Assembly (NCBI RefSeq): GCF_008000775.2
Contig: NZ_CP042905.2
Location: 3,330,001 to 3,362,000 of the forward strand
Origin: Promethearchaeum syntrophicum
GTDB lineage: Archaea; Asgardarchaeota; Lokiarchaeia; Sigyniarchaeales; Promethearchaeaceae
DNA: 32,000 nt
Direction of reading: 5' to 3'
The notes beneath the pieces were generated by a model. It was not told where the DNA came from. It saw only the letters and a program-made list of their open reading frames with translations, and did not search any database. Both the position numbers and the translations under genes were made by a program. How positions within the stretch are numbered: position 1 is the first letter of the stretch; each line of letters starts with the position of its first letter. Shown piece after piece: positions 28,141-32,000 of the stretch.

Positions 28141-29121
28141 TTAATCATATAACATTTTTCGCAGTGTTTGGATAAAGTCTCTGTAGATTTTTTTCCCTCT
28201 TGGGATAAATCCATATATTGTGAGAAACCCATGAACTGTTTGTAGGTAATTTTTATAAATCACTTGATTACCCGCTTTCAGTAATTTTTTTGCGTAAGCA
28301 TTACCTTGATCTCTTAAAGGATCGTGACTTGCAGTAAATAGAATTGTTTTAGGTAATTTTGAAAGATCAGAATTATATATTGGTGAAAAATCAGGATTTT
28401 GAGAGTCTTTCGGATTAGTAATATAACATTTTCTAAATACTTTCAACATTTTTTTGCTTAAAACATACCCTTCTTTAAACAAATCAGAGGAAGGATAGTT
28501 AAATTCTCCGCTAACCCATGGATATATAAGGATCTGCCCTGAGATTTCAAAATCTTTTTGGCACTTATTTTTTAACGCAACGAGAGTAGCTAACCCACCT
28601 CCTGCGCTATCACCCATTACATAAATTTTCTTTGAGTTTTCACTTAATTCAGAGATGTGCTTATTAACCCAAATTGCAGCTGAATATGAATCTTCTAGTG
28701 CAATAGGAAAGGGAAATTCAGGAGAAAGCCTATATGCAACCGATACGATAACTACATTCAAGTCCTTTGCAAATTTACGACATAAAACATCCGAATTTTC
28801 TATACTACCCATAACATATCCCCCACCATGAAAATAAATTATAACTGGAAGTGGTTCGTTTGATATCGGAGTATAGATGCGAAGATTGAAATTTTTTAGG
28901 TTTATATCAACTACACTAGCTAATTTTGGAGAGAATCCATGTATTAAAAATTTAATTAGCCCCTTGTTAATTTGTTTTTCCAAATCGCGAGCTTTCTTTA
29001 AACCCTCTTGAGTAATGGGTTCCTTAAGCGGATCCTCAAAGAAATGAAGGATTTTCTTGAATAATTTAGGAAATGGAACCTCGAATATTTCTAAATCGGA
29101 GGAATATAATTTTTCTGGCAT
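28141..29121 (-). CDS. Alpha/beta hydrolase, hormone-sensitive-lipase-type esterase
   Basis: PVIIYFHGGGYVMGSIEN, VYVMGDSAGGGLATLVALK, TASHDPLRDQGNAYAKKL, VHGFL, giving the oxyanion HGGG and Ser-Asp-His catalytic elements. Confidence 0.92.
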   Translation of the reverse strand: MPEKLYSSDLEIFEVPFPKLFKKILHFFEDPLKEPITQEGLKKARDLEKQINKGLIKFLIHGFSPKLASVVDINLKNFNLRIYTPISNEPLPVIIYFHGGGYVMGSIENSDVLCRKFAKDLNVVIVSVAYRLSPEFPFPIALEDSYSAAIWVNKHISELSENSKKIYVMGDSAGGGLATLVALKNKCQKDFEISGQILIYPWVSGEFNYPSSDLFKEGYVLSKKMLKVFRKCYITNPKDSQNPDFSPIYNSDLSKLPKTILFTASHDPLRDQGNAYAKKLLKAGNQVIYKNYLQTVHGFLTIYGFIPRGKKIYRDFIQTLRKMLYD

Positions 29122-29130
29122 GAAATTAGA

Positions 29131-29685
29131 TTACCTCATATATAGATTTCCCCCTTGTGTATCAATTGCCACAAGTAAAGGTCCAAAATTTTCAACTTCT
29201 AAGAACCAAGCAGCTTCGGGACCAAGTTCTTTCCACTCAACCGAAACGACTTTTTTTATAAATTTCGAAACAATCGCTCCCGCACCTCCAGGAAATTGCA
29301 AATAAACGGCAGGTAATTTATCCCAATTGACACCCTGCATCCCACCTTTTCCAATAACAAATAAAATATTGAGATTTTTACATATTGTATTTTGGAAAGG
29401 GTTCATTCTGGCAGAAGTTGTAGGGCCACCGCTAATAATTTGAAAAGACCCATCAGATTTTGTTTTGACTATGGGTCCCATATGATATATGGCAGAATTT
29501 TTGAGATTTTCAAAATTTTTAGGAAGTTGCCTGCCATTGTTGACTAAATTTACTATTTTTTTATGTACTTGATCTCGACCTGTACAGATTAAACCAGAAA
29601 TATAGATAATATCTCCGATTTTAAGATCTTTTACTATTTCCTTTGACGCTGGAAGGATTATGTGATTTATTCTATTCTCTTTCAA
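29131..29685 (-). CDS. Class I fumarate hydratase, beta (C-terminal-type) subunit
   Basis: IGDIIYISGLICTGRDQVHKKI, AIYHMGPIV, SGGPTTSARMNPF, VIGKGGM. The start is TTG and overlaps the upstream stop by 4 nt (TTGA). Confidence 0.9.
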   Translation of the reverse strand: MKENRINHIILPASKEIVKDLKIGDIIYISGLICTGRDQVHKKIVNLVNNGRQLPKNFENLKNSAIYHMGPIVKTKSDGSFQIISGGPTTSARMNPFQNTICKNLNILFVIGKGGMQGVNWDKLPAVYLQFPGGAGAIVSKFIKKVVSVEWKELGPEAAWFLEVENFGPLLVAIDTQGGNLYMR

Positions 29686-30614
29686 TTCCTTTCAGACTCC
29701 TTTTTCTTAAAATTATAATCTCTATCCAAATAACCCATATTAAACTCCCCATCTTTCGAGATACAACCTGAAACTGTTCGATGTGAATAACATTCAACAA
29801 CCAATCCCACAGGATAAGAAGCGGGATGTCTCATCCCCCATTCAATATGTACATCAATACAATTAGAATGTCCTTCTCTCAAACCCATAACTCCAATATC
29901 AAGTTTATTTATCTGTTTTAATAAGTAGGTTTCTAAATTGGATACTTCTTCTCTTCGATTTCTGGTTCCGATTGGTCGGAGTAAGGATTTTTTCGCTAAA
30001 AAAACACTTTTAACAGAATCACCTCCAATTCCAATCCCAACGATAATAGGTGGACAAGGTTTACCACCAGCATCTTTTATTTTTTTTAGAATCAAAGGAA
30101 TTAAATCATCAAAACCGGTAGCAGGATTTAACATATAAAGTGCTGAAATATTTTCGCATCCTCCTCCCTTATTTAGAATTGAAAATATTAAATCGTCTCT
30201 ATTAGGGATAAGTTCCAAATATATTGGCGGAGTGTTTAAACCTGAATTATATCCCGGGTTTTGAAATTTTATTGGATCCACTGTATTTGCGCGAAGTTTA
30301 GATTCATTTGTTAATTGAGCTAAAATTTTAGTAATTGTACCTTTGAAATCAGAAATAATTGGGAAACTTTCTCCCAATTGTATAAAAATATTAACAGTTC
30401 CTGTATCTTGGCATACGGGAATTTGATGCTTATTGCCATAAGATATGTTCTCAAGCATCAATTCTAACTGCGAGTGTGCAATATCATTATTCTTTTCCTT
30501 TTCCAGCATTTTTTCTAGTTCGATAATTGTTCTTTTAGTAACTGTTTGAGCAGAATATGAAATAAGAGAATATAATGATTTTTCAATAATTTTTAATAAG
30601 TTCGGCTTATCCAC
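29682..30614 (-). CDS. Class I fumarate hydratase, alpha (N-terminal-type) subunit
   Basis: PVCQDTGTVNIFIQLG, LNTPPIYLEL, NKGGGCENISALYMLNPATG, CPPIIVGIGIGGDSVKSVFLAKKSLLRPIG, VYHTRRE-like C-terminal region VECYSHR. Confidence 0.92.
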   Translation of the reverse strand: MDKPNLLKIIEKSLYSLISYSAQTVTKRTIIELEKMLEKEKNNDIAHSQLELMLENISYGNKHQIPVCQDTGTVNIFIQLGESFPIISDFKGTITKILAQLTNESKLRANTVDPIKFQNPGYNSGLNTPPIYLELIPNRDDLIFSILNKGGGCENISALYMLNPATGFDDLIPLILKKIKDAGGKPCPPIIVGIGIGGDSVKSVFLAKKSLLRPIGTRNRREEVSNLETYLLKQINKLDIGVMGLREGHSNCIDVHIEWGMRHPASYPVGLVVECYSHRTVSGCISKDGEFNMGYLDRDYNFKKKESERN

Positions 30615-30666
30615 ATGAATAGTATTTTTTCCATAACAATAAATATGTGGGTTTCCGAATATTTAG

Positions 30667-30674
30667 TATATAAA
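30667..30674 (-). promoter_or_regulatory. Probable TATA box for the fumarate hydratase operon
   Basis: Minus strand reads TAAAGGTTTATATACTAAAT, an archaeal-like TTTATATA element ~53 nt upstream of the alpha subunit start codon. Confidence 0.4.
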
Positions 30675-30849
30675 CCTTTAAAAACATTTTTTTTTTCCAA
30701 TAAAAATTGATTTTTCAATAGGTTTAAAAGATTATCTAAAAAATTTAATGAAATTGCATTTGTATATATTTTAATGGAAGAGTTCTTTGATTATACATAA
30801 TAAATCTCCAAGTTATAATTAAAAAATTAATAAATATGGAAGAAAAAAA

Positions 30850-32000
30850 TTGAACATACAATTAAACGCTTTTTTAAACAGAATAGGAGATAATTTCATT
30901 CAAGATTGGTATAATATCAGAGATATTCAAACCTGGATGATGGAAGAAATTTACAGAAAACGAGTTCAATTCCCTTATTTCAAGAAAAAGACTCTTTTCT
31001 CTTGGGTGTCGTTTAATAAAAATCCCAAAAGTAAAAAAAATCCTTCTAGATTTTATAACAAAAAACTAGATTCACTTTTTCGATATTTCTTTCTAAAAAT
31101 GTTTTCCGGATTGAATGAAAAACAGTTAATTCTAAAGGGTATTGAAGGACACGTTAGGAAAGAATCAGAACTTTTTTTTGAATATGAATATATGTTATCC
31201 CAAGATGAACTTAGCGAATTTAGAAATTTTAAACATAAATTTAATCACCCAGATCATCATTATCGAATTATATCATATATATTTAATCTAATCATCATGG
31301 TTTTTGGCAAATTAATTAAGGATTTAATCAAAAACGATGTTCAAATTCATATGCTTTGTGCGAAAATAAAGGAAAAAGAATCCACGGGAGAAAAATATTT
31401 ACATTTTCTAATAATAGTTGAAAAACCAGATAGAGAATTTCTAAATGCCTATTTACATTATTTAATTTTCAATTTTGCTGAGATTCTTCCAGGAATTGAC
31501 AGAAAACTTTTGAAAAGCTTGAATCGACAAAAAAATCATATTTATCCTATCGCTTTGAAAGAATATCCTAAAAGTTTAAAAAAAATTCCAACTGTTTTAT
31601 ATATTCTTCAACGAAAAGTACATATTTTGAAGCAAATAATACCTATTCTTGATATCTTAAACTTTGTTGGCTCTCGAGTAGAAGATACAAAATACCATAC
31701 AACTGAATTGGTTAATGACATAATACAGGAAAAAATCTGTGATGATAACGAAAATCAAAAAGATCTTTCCAAAATTTTTGATTTTCTTAATAGCACCGCT
31801 TCGCTTTTTTCAACTTTTCAATCAAATAATCGAGCAAATATTTCAAGACAATATCAATTATTCTTTTTTTATTGTCAACATTTTTCTTTACGTGGTTTAA
31901 AAACAATTCATGAGAATTCACATGTCTTCTTTCCGGATAAAATTGCAGAATCATTACTAAAACATAAAGAAACTTTGAATCAAAAAGGCATCAATTTTAA
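30850..32000 (+). CDS. Large partial protein of unknown function (runs off right edge)
   Basis: Manual translation shows an uninterrupted frame from TTG 30850 (next in-frame ATG 30937) to the window end, ~383 codons: LNIQLNAFLNRIGDNFIQDWYNIRDIQTWMMEEIYRKR... Not in the ORF track because it lacks a stop. Confidence 0.65.
   Translation, partial: MNIQLNAFLNRIGDNFIQDWYNIRDIQTWMMEEIYRKRVQFPYFKKKTLFSWVSFNKNPKSKKNPSRFYNKKLDSLFRYFFLKMFSGLNEKQLILKGIEGHVRKESELFFEYEYMLSQDELSEFRNFKHKFNHPDHHYRIISYIFNLIIMVFGKLIKDLIKNDVQIHMLCAKIKEKESTGEKYLHFLIIVEKPDREFLNAYLHYLIFNFAEILPGIDRKLLKSLNRQKNHIYPIALKEYPKSLKKIPTVLYILQRKVHILKQIIPILDILNFVGSRVEDTKYHTTELVNDIIQEKICDDNENQKDLSKIFDFLNSTASLFSTFQSNNRANISRQYQLFFFYCQHFSLRGLKTIHENSHVFFPDKIAESLLKHKETLNQKGINF

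Noticed and set aside
1-32000. CRISPR array, toxin-antitoxin, phage or transposon features
   Set aside because: No spaced direct repeats, transposase, integrase, Cas or restriction motifs found on reading; the window looks like ordinary chromosomal gene content. A full computational repeat scan was not possible.

Overview
AT-rich, gene-dense archaeal chromosomal window. The evidence is a TATA-binding protein (tbp), an archaeal-type AIR-synthase/HypE-like protein, a probable TATA box, a CCA-less tRNA-Gly, and a Ras/Rab-superfamily small GTPase. The GTPase together with the general gene content suggests an Asgard-like lineage, but this is inference. No CRISPR array, transposase, integrase, phage or classical defence island is visible. 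Recognisable genes: chorismate synthase (partial, left edge), PhnN-like P-loop kinase, two YkgJ-type Cys-cluster proteins, family-5 solute-binding protein, DnaK and DnaJ, two-domain wHTH regulator, tRNA-Gly(GCC), glycerophosphodiester phosphodiesterase, HD phosphohydrolase, small GTPase, beta-CASP/RNase J-like metallo-beta-lactamase protein, TBP, GNAT, archaetidyl/phosphatidylserine decarboxylase, M28 peptidase, zinc-ribbon+FHA protein, alpha/beta hydrolase and class I fumarate hydratase (two subunits). Several large proteins have no recognisable family. The best leads are: an M28 peptidase whose catalytic domain appears split by transmembrane hairpins; a small GTPase with Rab-like G2/G3 and Cdc42-like TQxD G4, next to a motif-rich 410-aa unknown; a 784-aa membrane protein with a large cytoplasmic part; and a 592-aa receptor-like surface protein beside a regulator. 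I found no convincing complete 'new system'; these are leads only.
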